Both the position numbers and the translations under genes were made by a program. This document shows positions 35,021 to 48,080 of a stretch of DNA of 64,000 nt, in pieces. A model generated the notes under the pieces. That model made no database searches. It saw only the letters and a program-made list of their open reading frames with translations, and was not told the origin of the DNA. Every line of letters starts with the position of its first letter. Position 1 is the stretch's first letter. Location: NCBI GenBank assembly GCA_051294905.1, contig CM119378.1, positions 3,846,001-3,910,000 on the forward strand. Direction: 5' to 3'. The DNA comes from Botryllus schlosseri (Eukaryota).

Positions 35021-36568
35021 TATCAGAGCACTATACCTCCTCAAAATCTTCAAGAAATGTGAAATTCGGCATTGTGCAGAGAAATAATAATCATTTGAGG
35101 TACAGATCAATCTACCTTGCCTCATTGATTGTTTGCTAAATTTCTTACATTCGCAGTGCAGTGAAACAAAGCGCGGTCGACTTCGCAAACCGACGGTATC
35201 ATGGAATCGCGACTGACATGTTAGGTAGAGTGAAAATAATTTCCTTTACCGATGTAGATGTTATGTATTCTCCCTCACTACCTACCTTCATGTGGATATA
35301 TATGGTTGTTTCTCATAGCCTGCGTGCGAAGAATGATAATGAGATAACAACGAGTAGCTAGGTCAGTTAAGATATTGGAATTATTCTTGCTGACGACGAT
35401 GGAGACCTGACCTCGATTCCCAGTCCCCCCAAAGACTTTCAGGTATTTTACGGGTTTTAATTATTCAGATATCAGTTTATACAATTGTAAATAACAAGCT
35501 AATTACGGAAAAGTATTTTGATAAAGCTAACACATCGAAGCAGAAAGATACAGCTCAGTTAAATCGTAACAGCAAATATATATACAACAATACGTTCATG
35601 ACGGGTTTATTGCTGGGATAGGTCACTTGATCCATTTGGAAGCATTCTCATTCAGGTGGGACCCGCAACTTTGCACTCCTCATGACCCTACCTTTGTCTG
35701 CGCAAATTTTAGCTCACGCGACTCCTTTCCCAACTGGCAGAATCGGATTCTGATTCACGAGAGAGAATGGAGAAGTTAGAAGAAAATGGCGGGAATGTGA
35801 AACGCAAAATATCTCAGGTCCGGTCGCCCGCTATTTCACGGATATTTTACCGATTTTCAATTTGATCGATACATCTTGTACAGTCGATAGAACGCTTCAT
35901 CTCGGAACTGCAGTGGCGAAAGAAATGTCTGATCGAGGAAGTAGACGCGTTGGTGGCGATGGAGATCAACGACAAGCACAAAGCTCGGCTAAATATAAAA
36001 AGTGAGTGAAACCACGAAAAAAATATCGGTGACGCCGCAAAAAACAACAACCTTCTCAGTTCACGACCGGCGACGAAAATGTCTTGCTTTCTGCAATACG
36101 CAATTTCGGTGTCGCTTCCGCACATCCGCACCTCACATTGGGGGGTGACTTGGCCCCGGAAGGGGTCCTAAGAGGCACGACTGGCGGCCCGTGGGCATCA
36201 GGTTTGCTCGGATTTTGTTTTCACATAATCAGGCCTGCATAGATTTTGTTCAGAATGGCAAGCATTGGGGAAGCATTAACGCTATATCCTGAATTGTTAA
36301 TAGAATGATGCCGCGATTAGTTAATGCTACAGGGACGCCTGTTGTTTTTATTGCTGTAAAAATATGTCGTTATAACTGACCTTGTAGCATGAGGTAGGAT
36401 ACCGTGATGCAGTCAGTGAATAATTCATTATGTTGCATATCATGCACGCGCCACGCACACCACTATCGGCCAGAGGGGTCAGTGACGAAGTACTCGATCA
36501 CAGACCCTCCCTTATCTAGAAAAGTCGAGACACATTTTCTCCCATTTGCATTTTTTAGACCATTCCAT
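34448..36568. repeat. Unclassified ~2.1-kb dispersed repeat, copy B
   Basis: Colinear with 11329-13877 once the nested MITE is removed. Confidence 0.9.
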
Positions 36569-37317
36569 ACGGCCGTAAACCAAACGTTGTACGCTGATTG
36601 GTCGAGAAACAATGGTCATGGATACGGCGCAGCAACGGAGTACGCTGCATTTACCTAAGCCTAGTTGGCACTACTATATATTTCTATAACCGTATAAAAA
36701 CGACAAGATTACAGTTAAAGGTTTTCTTTCTTCATCAATAATAGAATTTGGAAAGGAAATAAAATATTTAGTAACATATACTAAAATATAATGCCGAGAC
36801 ACTGCAACTCCATGTCGATGAGTAATTATGGAATTATATGGAGCTAAACTAAACATTGTATCAAGTAGGCCAACAATCTTTGCACGATGTGGTCAAAGTA
36901 TTTTGGTGGTGTGCAGATTCAAGTAGCCTATAGCCTACGCGTAGAAGTAATTCTGAGAATATCAACTCATTAAAACATACGATAGCTATCTGCAAGACAT
37001 TATAAACTACATTAAATAGAAGAAAAACCGAAAATTATATATAGTATTCAGGTATAGGTACAGGCTAGTTTTGAAATGTTAATTGGGATGCGTTGATGGG
37101 TGACGTTTGTCAACTTTCAAGCACGCTCATAAAATGTGAAGAAAATCCATTGAAGTTGACAAATATGACATATGCTTTATAAGAGCAAGTCTAACATCGC
37201 CATTGACTTAACTATACTTGATCGGTAATATGGTTGACCACCTTTTCTTTACCTATATCTATACTAATTCTGTCAAAAACGAAATTTCGATATAAGATAC
37301 GATTGTTTCATCTACAG

Positions 37318-40300
37318 AGAAATATTTACGAAAATTGACTTTGACAATGACGGAAATGTAGACAGCAAGGAACTTGAAAAGTGGATTGCTAGCGCACAAG
37401 AAAATTACATTGGACGAGACACTATAAAACGTCTGGAAAAACTCGATTTAGATGAAAATGGGAGCGTGTCCTGGGAAGAATTCTTCAATGTCACCTACGG
37501 AGAATTGAAAGGTGTGGTTTAAAGTGATCAAACTGTTCATTCATATTGTAATAAGATTTCTGGTTTCGCACCAGTTATTATGGCTGACTTGATGGTTCTT
37601 CGACATAGCCATATCAGTGCTTCCCAATACTATTCAGTTCGCGACCCATTTGTAATGTAATGTTTCATTGTGCGACCCACCATGAGATATAACCGGGCGA
37701 ATAAGAACGTAATCCGACATACAATGAGTCGTGTGAGTAGGCTATAACGAGCTAAATTAGACGCCCACAAGTGAAATAGCGCGACACTTCGAGAATGCGA
37801 GTGTATCAAGCAGACAAGAATACACGTAATAAATATTTACAAACCAGAAAGCGAGTCTTCCAGCATAAATTCCTCTTTTACGTCGAACACAAAGGGATCC
37901 CGAGTATAGCTTACGTCGCTGCAATTGTTTGCTGATTATATAATCGGGCTGTATTGCATATTCCAATCCACGTTCGCATTTCACAAAGCCTTTGGAGGAA
38001 GGAAGGAAGGAATTCTAATTTTAAGTCATACACAAAAACACACTGTCCAATTTCGCGCTCTATCAAAATGAATGTCGAGAAAATCTGGCTCACAAATTAT
38101 TGTAAACACGAGAACGTGACCTACCGCACTTATGGGCACAAAAAAACATTAATTAAGGGGAGAACGTTTTTTTTTTGTTTTGTGCGGAATTGATGGTGTT
38201 TCGACTATACTGGTCATTTTACACCAGGCCAATATTATCGGATTCTCGATTCTTGATTCTTGATTGGTGGATAATCCGAGAGTTATCAACGAAAAACTCA
38301 AATAAGTCCATTTCTATTATTTGGAATTGAGTCAAATTTGTTGAGCATCGATTTGAAGACAACTCAAAAATTTCATGGGGTTGACAAACAAAATTTTAAT
38401 TTTTTTCAAATAAATTAACAATTTAAATTGGCTCTGCGGCGGCTTATATTTGTTAGAATTGAACCAAATTTGGTGTGCAGCGTTTTTTAGAGTAACCTGA
38501 CAATTTAATCAGTGAAAGACTGGAATCCGAAAAAAAAAGTATTTTTGAACAACCGTAACGTTCATATCTCTGTATGCAGGCGTTCTTCTCATTCGATGCT
38601 TATAGTGCGGTGCATATATTATATACTACATTGATTGGGTAAAATGTTCCGACCATACGAGAACGGTGTTATATATTTGCGGCCCGGAGGTTTTAATATA
38701 TTCGGCAATCGGCATATTTAGTTGATGATTGGAACACCAAATAAAAGGATTTCAGTTACAGGGACATGCTCAACAAAGACAAAAACAGATGGAAGGTGAG
38801 CTATATAACGCATCTCTAATGTTTTCTATAGCAGCCAGCAATTCATATATTTTCATAATCAGGTCGCAGATACAGATGACGACGATTCTTGCAGTCTGGA
38901 CGAATTGAAAGCCTTCTGCCATCCACAACATTTTGACCGCATGAGGAATCTTGTTTTTGAAGAAACATTGACGGAATTGGAGGAAAACAAAGATGGATTT
39001 ATTGATATCGAAGAATATATCAGTGAGTATTATGTTACTGGCACTTTCATATATTATACAGTCGACTCCGCTTAATTCGGCCGAAATACTCAGGAACGGA
39101 ACAAAAGTAAAAATTGCACATACCAAACTTTGGTTAATTCGGACTATTCTCCGCTTTATTCGGACACAGACTAGCAATTCCTGTCGTAATATTTTGGAAC
39201 AATAAACAGTAATTCTTTCGTTTTAACACAAGATGAGTAATTATTGTGAAACATTGACGATCCGTGCTGTAACTATCGACAATGAACTTACACAAGGTCG
39301 TGGCGCATCATAGTGGCTTTTTATTGGGTACAATTGCGTGCATCATGTAGAACAGATTGGCACAGATTAGTTAAGAGAAAAAGTGAAATCGTTCACTAAA
39401 GTAAACGAAGAAAAATGTAACCACACTGCCTTGACAGTTGCACTGTTAGTTGCGTTGGTGGGGATATCAATAAGTACTATTAGAACTCCAGATGCATGTG
39501 CTACACGCTAATGCAGTGTGACGTATTTGTTAAATGGTTTGATATCGAAATACTGTACAATGCAACTAACCGGAAGGTAAAACTAATGTGTGCTTTATGT
39601 GATCTGTGCCAATTACTGCAGTATAGCGCAGCTATAGTATAATTGTTCTATTACGCAACAGCGTATTTTGAATGCGTTATGTGCCCTTACTCGTGACCAC
39701 GAAGTGGACCATTGATTTTCCGCTCAAGTAGTCCAAAACTGAGCGAAACTGTCTGAAGTAAGCAGAGCTGATGGTATATGGTTTTGTTGAACGTATCCGT
39801 ACAATTTCTTCAGGCGATGTTTATAAACCTGAAAAGGAGAACGAATCGGAACCAGAAGGGGTGGAAGCAGAACGAGAGCAATTCAAGAGCGACCGGGATA
39901 AAAACAGCGACGGGAAGTGAGCTATAATCATTATTCATCTCGAAGCTTCTTAAGACTTTGGCTCTCTGCGACCCACTCATGTGAAGATGGCGTCGCGCAA
40001 TTTTTGCCTTTAGTGTGATACTCTTCTTGATAGGCTGGACGAACAGGAAATCTGGGATTGGTTCACACCAGACAGTTCCGACTACGCCCTTGACGAAGCT
40101 AAACACTTCATTGCCGAAAGCGATTCTAATCAGGTGGACCTATTTAGCATAATTTTCAGTGATACGATAATATTTTTTAAATATTTTGCAGTCTTTCAGA
40201 ATATACTAGTGCTTCACAATTAGTTACTTAGTTACTACATGCCCCTGTTCATTATACTTCAGGATGGAGTGCTGACCAAGCAAGAAGTGGTAGATAATTT

Positions 40301-40367
40301 TGATATCTTCGTTGAATCTCAAGCTACCGATTGGGGGAGAATGTTCGAAGGGCACGATGAGTTCTGA
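37318..40367 (+). pseudogene. Unprocessed calumenin pseudogene (exons 2-7 only)
   Basis: Exons 37318-37511, 38722-38795, 38863-39022, 39814-39916, 40034-40133, 40263-40367 have the same lengths as in the intact gene. GAA>TAA nonsense at 38742-38744; EPEW>EPEG; FVGSQ>FVESQ. Homology begins inside intron 1 (~36805); no exon 1 or signal peptide found. Confidence 0.9.
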
Positions 40368-40947
40368 GATTCTTACTACCAAGGGAAGTCGAACGTATGC
40401 TCTAAGCCAGTGGTTCTCAACCGCCGGTCAGCGACGACTTTCCAGCCGGTCCGCGAGGTATTTTGCAATTTTATAACAAAATTTCAAGATGCAATATGTT
40501 GAAGGCTTGCCCATTGATAAAATATACTAAATGTCAAATATCAAATTTTAAACTCATCCAGAACGTCGTGAAGTAACTTATTAGGTCTGGGAGCATGCCC
40601 ATTGCCCAATTTGACTTGAAGTTCAACCCGTGTCCTTTGACGAAATATGAGCGGCAAGGACTAATACGAGCTGACTCACTAATCCGCGCAGTTTGCGCGA
40701 TCATTCGTTTTCGATTCATTCCTTCTGTGAAGGGACGCACAATTACATAATGAAGTTTGGGCTAACATAGGAATCAGGAAAGTGTGCGATAAACTCACCG
40801 GTGGGATAACCTTGAATGAAAATGACTGCCCTTTATTGAATGATAACTTCGATATATATATATATGTATAATTTTCCATAGACTCCATAATGGCTTGCAC
40901 CTAACCTCACTGTCCTGGCAATATCTGCCCGTGAGCACAATCAAGCA

Positions 40948-42885
40948 GTCAATCAATCAGGTTTGTTAATATTTTTATCGTTTCAATACATCACAAGACT
41001 GCGATAAAATGAAAAGATAGGAAGGTTATCGAAACAACTTGGAGTAGCCTTTAAGATCACACACCCACCTTAGCCTAGGCGAAGTAAATAAGAGGCATGC
41101 ACTGCACAGTGCACACTGAATGAAAAGTAATGCAGAGAATATAAGACGAAAGCGACAAAATGAGGTGGCATGTGGCGGAGGGCGAGGTCGATGTTAGGTC
41201 GTGGTCCGGCAATCCTGAAGACTGGCTACTATTGATCTAGAAGAAATTGCTTGTATTTCGACTTGAATGCGGACATGCTCGACGACTGTCGGATAGTCGG
41301 TGAGACGCTGTTCCACAATTGGGGTCCAGCATACTTGATAGAGCAATGTGTTTCTTGTATTCAGTCCTGATCATATGGTAGTTGTTCTTCGTTGACGCGC
41401 GTGTGCTGTATTTGTGCGCTTTCGTCTCCGAGGTGAAGTAGTCGTTGAAATTTGAGGGACATTGACCGCAATGGAACTGATACATAAACTTGGCAATTTC
41501 TAGCTTCCTCATATCTTCTAAGTTTAGAACACCAAATCTTTTGAGAAGCGATTTATCAGTTGCACATCCAGGTCCCCGTGGGGCTTTGGCAGTGTTGGGA
41601 TGACTCGAGTCAGACTCGAGTCACTTTTTCCTATGACTTGACTTGACTCGAGTCACTTTGAAAAAATGACTTGACTTGACTTGACTCGGCGCTTCAAAAA
41701 TGTGGATTGACTCGTGACTCGGAGAAAGATTTACGAGTCAATTTCAAGTCATCAAGTAAACGATGTCGATTAAATCACTGTATTTTGTGTTTGTTCGTAT
41801 CGTTCGCGATACGCCTGTGTCATTTGTGAGAGTAACCACACATTCACTGATTGTACGTTCACTGATCCTCTATTGTTACATCACAAATAGATTGACCACA
41901 ACCGAAATGATCACAGCTTACGTTGTCGCAGTAGCAGTAGATTAATCCAATAGCAACTATCGCAGGTGTTTCTTCAGGCGGCCCAGTGCTTACATTGATT
42001 ACAGTGATCACCTTAGCCAACCCTCTCGTCTGATTTAAAAATGTAGCGAATATAGTTTATGCGTCTATAGTCTCACGGATGTGTAGATGGGAAGTGTATT
42101 GTATCATATCAATTTGTTTCAACTTCTCGAGGCTTCGTATTCAACCCTCTTGGTTGATAATAACATACTGTAGCATGTAGCAGTAGCTATAGGCCTACTA
42201 TACAGTTACTCACACATTTTATTGGCAGTTCTACGTGTGCGACTGTGCGTGAGCAATAAAACGCCTTCTTGCATGCATATTTAACTTTATATTTGTTATT
42301 TTATTCAAGATAAATGGCCAATTATTCTGTTTATCACACAGCTAGCAAAATGTAATAAGTTTTTGAACCGTCACTGATACTGCGAAAATTCAATATGACT
42401 TGAATTGTGAATTGACTCGTGACTTGACTTGACTTGACTCGAGTCACCTCCAAAAAACGAGTGACTTGACTTGACTCGAGTCACCTTCGAAAATCGATTG
42501 ACTTGACTTGACTTGGGTCAAAATGTGCAATGACTCGAGATGACTCGTGACTCGAAGGTAGTGACTTGATCCCAACACTGGGATTTGGCAATGATACGGA
42601 TGATCCGATGTTAAAGTTTTGCATAGGGTCAATTGTATTCTTGCAGGCAGCACCCCAACAAAGAATTCCGTATTTTAACTTTGATAGAAATAGAGTGCTG
42701 AAGAGTATCAACAGCACGCTGACTGGTAGAGTGTAGCTGAGGCAGCGAAATAGACCACATACCTTCGATAGTTGTGGTTTGAGTGATTGTATGTGACTCT
42801 TCCAGGACATGTCCGAATCCAGTAAAACACCCAAGGTATTTGGCATTTTTAGTGTTGGAAATTGGTTGACCAGCGATGTCAACGG
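40948..42885 (-). mobile_element. 5'-truncated CR1-group (Crack/L2-like) LINE, split by a MITE
   Basis: LGVLLDSDMSWKSHI...LKYGILCWG...; LEIAKFMYQF...NFNDYFT...HKYSTR; (TTGA)n tail at 40948-40960. Confidence 0.9.
41590..42580. mobile_element. hAT MITE (CAGTGTTGGGAT TIR, GACTT/GACTCGAGTC repeats)
   Basis: TSD GGCTTTGG / GGATTTGG; the empty site is seen in the LINE copy at ~48016. Confidence 0.92.
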
Positions 42886-43456
42886 TTAGCACTAATGACA
42901 AAGCCCAGAGTAAAATTATTTGCCGGTGAAGAAATACCAATTTGGAATCGTGTGCGTCCTTTAGTTTAGTACGCTTGGGTGATTTCAATATCTAGTCACA
43001 ATATAACAGACAGTAGGTGACGAAATATTGACATGCAATGAAGTAATTATTCCAACAGGCCCACCCGAATATGTTTAATTATTATCTATTACGTGCCCTA
43101 AATGTCCAACACTACACCTCAATCAACTGTAATCTAATAGTTCTGATAGTATACAAATATACAGCAATATATATAAATTACAATCAACAATTTTATTGAC
43201 CGATTCAGTCATGAATCGCCTATAGAAAACTATCTGCATATACTCAGTAGATTGAATATATTCGCAAGTCCTGGCGAAAACAACCAACCAACTGTGGGTT
43301 CTTGGGATGATGCCTCCTACCTCGAAGTTTGGTTTATCGCTTTATGTGGCCCAAGACTGCGGTTTTGGGCAATTAGGCTGACGATCGGCCCTGATTTTAT
43401 GGATGACCAGATATAGCTGTAGTCAGGTGTTTTCGTGCGGCGCAATGTATTCATAG

Positions 43457-44449
43457 TAGGGATCATATGAATCTCAGATTGGTTCAGGTCCTTGTGAACG
43501 CGAATCTTTTTGAAAAGTTCTGTGTGAACGTGTTCGTGTACCTATGACGCTACGTGACGCCAAATTGCAAATTCCAATTTCAGTGAAGTGATATATTAAT
43601 GTACAGCGACGACTGAGGCCACATTATGCCACAATGCTGAAGTACATGCTGCCTTTTTTTAAAGTCACCAAATGTATCATCTGGAGCAATCAACTAATAC
43701 AATTCCCATAAAATCAATATCTTCCATCTCTTTATGCCAACAATTTCGACGAGGTCTTGCAAGGGAATACAAGCTTACGCCTTAAAGATCTGTGCTGGAC
43801 CGGACAATGTCTGACACGTCTGACTATTGATATTAAGCTAAGTGTAAAACGGGATTGTATACTTGCTTCCGATATTACTCCATTCCAGGTTATACGGTAG
43901 CCAACACCCCGATCGCACGGATTTGATTTTTTTGATACAATAAACATATCAAATAATGATCGATCACATACGCCTGTTAGATTTTTTATAGTAGACAGCG
44001 ATGTATTCTTCATATCAACTTCATTGATTGGTGGAACGAGAAGGATGATTCGCTGACTATCTACATTCTACATCTACAGGTAGCGTATTTCCATCTTGAC
44101 GTTGTGTGACTGCGGGTCATGCTCAAAGTAGAGAGTCACTAAATATTCACAAACGGAAAGCTGGATATTTCGAGCAAACTGGTGTATCAAAGCAAGTGAA
44201 ATATTTGAGATTGGCGAGGTGCATGCTCGATTAGTGTTAATTTTTATATATTGCTAGCGCCATGCATGGTGGCTCGAAGTTGAAAAGCAAAGAATTTCAG
44301 CCAATGATGTTATGATGTGAAAATTTGTAATATATGAAAAGGGTTCACAGCCCAGAACCTACGAAGGTTCGTTTGTGAACGTGACCCTCTAAGTTTCCGA
44401 GGTTCACACACAGAACGAGAACGTGAACGTCACGTTCTCACCATCCCTA
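43457..44449. mobile_element. hAT MITE (TAGGGATG TIR, GTGAAC repeats)
   Basis: TSD ATTCATAG / ATTCATGG; homologous to 56281-57250. Confidence 0.88.
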
Positions 44450-45561
44450 ATTCATGGTATAGCCACAGTAACCTACGACTGGTGGTAATGAGCAATGAGC
44501 AAGTAGCACGTCAAGGTGCTTGGTTCGAGTCCGAAACGCTTGTTTTCTCGATATTGTCGAAGAGATATAAATTTTTGAGTTAACGTGGTCGGTTCAATCC
44601 ATGACCTTCGGTGCGAAAGACTGTAAACGACTCTCGGCGCTAGCACCTTTATTATGGCAGGGCAATTTTTCCTCGAGTCAGCAGACCCACTACGAAATAA
44701 TCAGATGGATGCCATCCTGAACTGAACATCTTTATTTACGATCAAACCCCTCAAAATGTCTGTCTCTAGCATCATATACTTGCATAAAACAGCTGCATAC
44801 TTCACGTTTTGAGTTGATTTAAATTTTTGAAAGTTCACTGGTCCGCCGAATATTTTTTGGAATTTTACCGGTCCGCGAGGTGAAAAAGGTTGAGAACCAC
44901 TGCAGTCTAAGCCATGTATTTGAATATTCAGCCATATCAAGTTTGTATCAAGCCTTGTGGAAAAATAAAACGTTCATTGTGCCTTTTATAATCTTTTGTA
45001 TAGCATCTTTTGATGGAGACGGGTGGGAACGGCGTAGTAATTAGGCCTACACGCTGTTGTATTGTGCGGACTTGCACTGATCAGTGATGTGCGGCTAGGT
45101 TCTTCATTGTTGTTGTTGTCCGAATCCTTTATAATTCATCAATATATCAGTTCAGTTTAAGTAACAATTTTATCAGATCAATACACCCCCAAGATTGCGA
45201 TACAATTAAGAGATATAGGAAGGTGTCGAAACGACTTGAAGTAGTCTTTGAAATCAGACACCCACCTGGTCCTAGGTGATGTAAAGAGGAAGCATGTACG
45301 CTGCATGAAAAGTAAAAGAGAGTAATATAAAAGGACAAGCGACATAATGACGTCGATGAGATCGATATATGTCAGGTCGTGGTCCGGTAATCTTGTGGGT
45401 TGACTATCCGAAAAGGTGGGCGCACTTCGGCCGTTGCGGTTTCACAATTCATGCTACATCGCCGGTACGCGTAGGTTTAGGATTTGGGTATAGGCCTAGT
45501 ATATAGTTTAAGAAATTATAATATATATCTACGGGTTATGGTTTGAGTTAAGGGTATATAG

Positions 45562-46388
45562 CAGGGGTGGGCAATTATTTTTCTCCGCGGGCCAAATGAG
45601 AAGTAGAAAATGCGAACAATTTTTTTCATTTATCTCCGGCTTCGCGCCCACCTTCAGATACTTCCACGCCCCACAGTTCGAGAACCACTACACTGAAATG
45701 AATATGGGATAGTAGAAAGCTTGTCTTGGTCGCTGCATTTCGAGCAGAGTACAGCTCAAATAGCCTTGATGTTGAGCGAAGTTGAGCCCTCCCTTGACCG
45801 TGTGTTTCGTGTTGTTGTCATAATTAAAATCCTTAACTCGGCGACATGCTCGGCAAAAACTAAAAGGACTCTGGTATACAAATATTTAGTGCTCCAAACT
45901 TTCTTTGAATTTCAACTCTCGGCTTTCTTTTTTGGATATGCCCGTTCATCCTTTACGGGTGATAGATATGATGAGTCATATAGTAGACGCGAGCACTGAT
46001 TGACTTGTTTTACGAAATACGGATTTGGAAACGCCTCACGTAACAATTTGAAACACATACCGCATAATGCGTAATGTGACAATAGCAACAAATGTTTGAC
46101 CTAAACAATATGAAAAGAGTGATTTCTTGTGAATTTAATTGTTACTCATACTTTGCCACATTGTCTTTATTTTCAATCTGGATTACGCATGCGAGGGACG
46201 TAAGCAACGTAATCGTGACATATTAATGAACAGGATTCAAAGTAAACGAATTTCCTGTTTAGTTGATACAGCCTATGGTTTTAGTTCACGCATCAACATT
46301 CAAAAAGCAGGTTTAATGTTATAAATTTCCAGCAACCTTCCGCGGGCCGCATAGAATGGCTTCGCGGGCCGCACTTTGCCCAGGTCTG
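45562..46388. mobile_element. hAT (Buster/Charlie-type) deletion derivative
   Basis: CAGGGGTGGGCAA ... TTGCCCAGGTCTG; perfect TSD GTATATAG. Minus-strand trace KKKAES...WSTKYLYT...EHVA./KDFN...TKH resembles Charlie-type transposase N-termini. Confidence 0.88.
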
Positions 46389-46429
46389 GTATATAGTGTA
46401 TAGTTTAAAAAAGGGAAAACCAATATATT

Positions 46430-47227
46430 CACTGGTCAACACAATTTTTGTTGACTTTTATCGGACAATTGATTTCGACTAATATATGGGCGCTGAATTA
46501 AAAAATGGAATCCGTTTTGCTCTGTCACGTTTTTGGGGTATGCACCCACCCCATTGTCTCATAACCCACATAAAAGTACTACTTTTAATATTTTGTGTTT
46601 ATTGCATAAAACGCTTCAAAGACCAGCTCCGAATATTTCTCTCCCAAGTCCCAAAGCCAATGTCAGATCATTTAACGTGTGTCGATGGACTACGCTAAGT
46701 TCTGTATCATCTTCGATTTCTAAAATCTTCATCAATAGGCCCGCCATTCCTAAGATCTTCATCTTGATCCAAATTATCGAGCTGGTAGGAGTTCCAAGTT
46801 TGCTGGATAAACTGAATGGGGCATTGGACCTATAGCTGATAGTAAATGTAATGTGTATTTTTCTTGCCAGATCCTGAAGTTTGCATCAAATATGCGTCTG
46901 GCATATCCTCGTATGATTGCATCCTCTAACGAAAAATGGATGAAAGCATCGGCCTAGATCGATACCAGTACCTTTTTCCTAATAATTCAATTGATCCATT
47001 GGCTATATAACTTATATTAAGATAAAAGTGTGGATTTCAATATGGTATGGAAAAGTAAGGTGGCTGAATTCGTGAAAATTTGCATATTTTCGGCATCGTC
47101 GTCGAACAAAAACTTGACGTGATGGAAGAAAACCAACGGCTTTTTTGGAATCAGCATACCACAATTAGCCTAAATCAAGTGCAAAATCGGAGTCAACAAA
47201 TTTTTCGTTCAAAATTGTTGCCCAGTG
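46430..47227. mobile_element. Non-autonomous TIR element with Chapaev-like termini
   Basis: CACTGGTCAACA...AATTTTTGTTGAC and inverted GTCAACAAATTTTT...TGTTGCCCAGTG. Superfamily assigned from the terminus only. Confidence 0.6.
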
Positions 47228-47391
47228 TTTTTATGATTCAAAGTGAAGTAGAGATTTGAGAAATTTTATTATATGCAATATAATAACAGGATCCGTTTTG
47301 ATAACCAAATCCACAAACTATACAAACAGAGTGACGATCGAACATCGTGATCCGGATTGATCATAATATATTGACCTGTTGTGAGGTGGTT

Positions 47392-48080
47392 GTCAATCAA
47401 TCAGGTTTATTAATATTTTTATCGTTTCAAAACATCACAAGACTGCGATACAATGAAAAGATAGGAAGGTGTCGAAACAACTTGGAGTATAGCCTTTAAG
47501 ATCAGACACCCACCTTAGCCCAGGCGAAGTAAATAAGAGGCATGCACTCCGAATGAAAAGTAATGCAGAAAATATAAGACGCAAGCGACAAAATGAGGTG
47601 ACATGTGGCGGAGGGCGAGGTCGATGTTAGGTCGTGGTCCAGTAATCCTGAAGACTGGCTACTATTGATCTAGAAGAAATTGCTTGTATTTCGATTTGAA
47701 TGCGGACATGCTCGACGACTGTCGGATAGCCGGCGAGATGCTGTTCCACATTTGGGGTCCCGCATACTTGATAGAGCAATGCGTTTTCTTGAATTCAGTC
47801 CTGATCATATGGTAGTTGTTCTTCGTTGACGCGCGTGTGCTGTACTTGAGCGCTTTTGTCTCCGAGGTGAAGTAGTCGTTGAAATTTGAGGGACATTGAC
47901 CGCAATGGAACTGATACATATACTTGGCAATTTCTAGCTTCCTCATGTCTTCTAAGTTTAGAACACCAAATCTTTTGAGAAACGATTTATCAGTTGCACA
48001 TCCAGGCCCCCGTGGGGCTTTGGCAATGATACGGATGATCCGATGTCGAAGTTTTGCGGTGGGTCAATTGTATTCTTGCA
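47392..48080 (-). mobile_element. 5'-truncated CR1-group LINE
   Basis: ORF2 end ...SIKYAGPQMWNSISPAIRQSSSMSAFKSKYKQFLLDQ*, 3' UTR and (TTGA)n tail. Confidence 0.92.

Larger units (their letters stand above)
40408..44902. mobile_element. hAT MITE with nested cargo (4.5 kb) in the pseudogene 3' UTR
   Basis: TIR CAGTGGTTCTCAACC; TCTAAGC repeated on both flanks (imperfect TSD). The flanks rejoin to match the uninterrupted UTR at ~8560-8640. Confidence 0.9.

Noticed and set aside
36470..36525. Hairpin followed by CTAG as a canonical Helitron 3' end
   Set aside because: Homology between copies continues ~45 bp past CTAG and the next base is A rather than T. Kept only as one hypothesis for the unclassified repeat.
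38742..38744. In-frame TAA as stop-codon reassignment or readthrough
   Set aside because: It is a single G>T change from the paralogue's GAA, accompanied by exon-1 loss and other damaging substitutions. The two intact genes have no in-frame TAA/TAG.
41600..42570. Regular short repeats (GACTT/GACTCGAGTC; also (AATTGT)n at 53650-55180 and GTGAAC at 56290-57240) as CRISPR-like arrays
   Set aside because: No constant repeat with unique spacers. They are subterminal motifs inside TIR/TSD-bounded MITEs in a eukaryotic locus.
44478..44650. tRNA gene(s): B-box-like GGTTCGAGTCC at ~44522 and a weaker inverted one near 44590
   Set aside because: I could not build a cloverleaf. At most decayed tRNA-derived SINE heads; tRNAscan-SE would settle it.
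45470..45556. Degenerate TTAGGG-like tract as an interstitial telomere
   Set aside because: Only a few imperfect units; similar CCTAA-type tracts occur inside other repeats (~54765).
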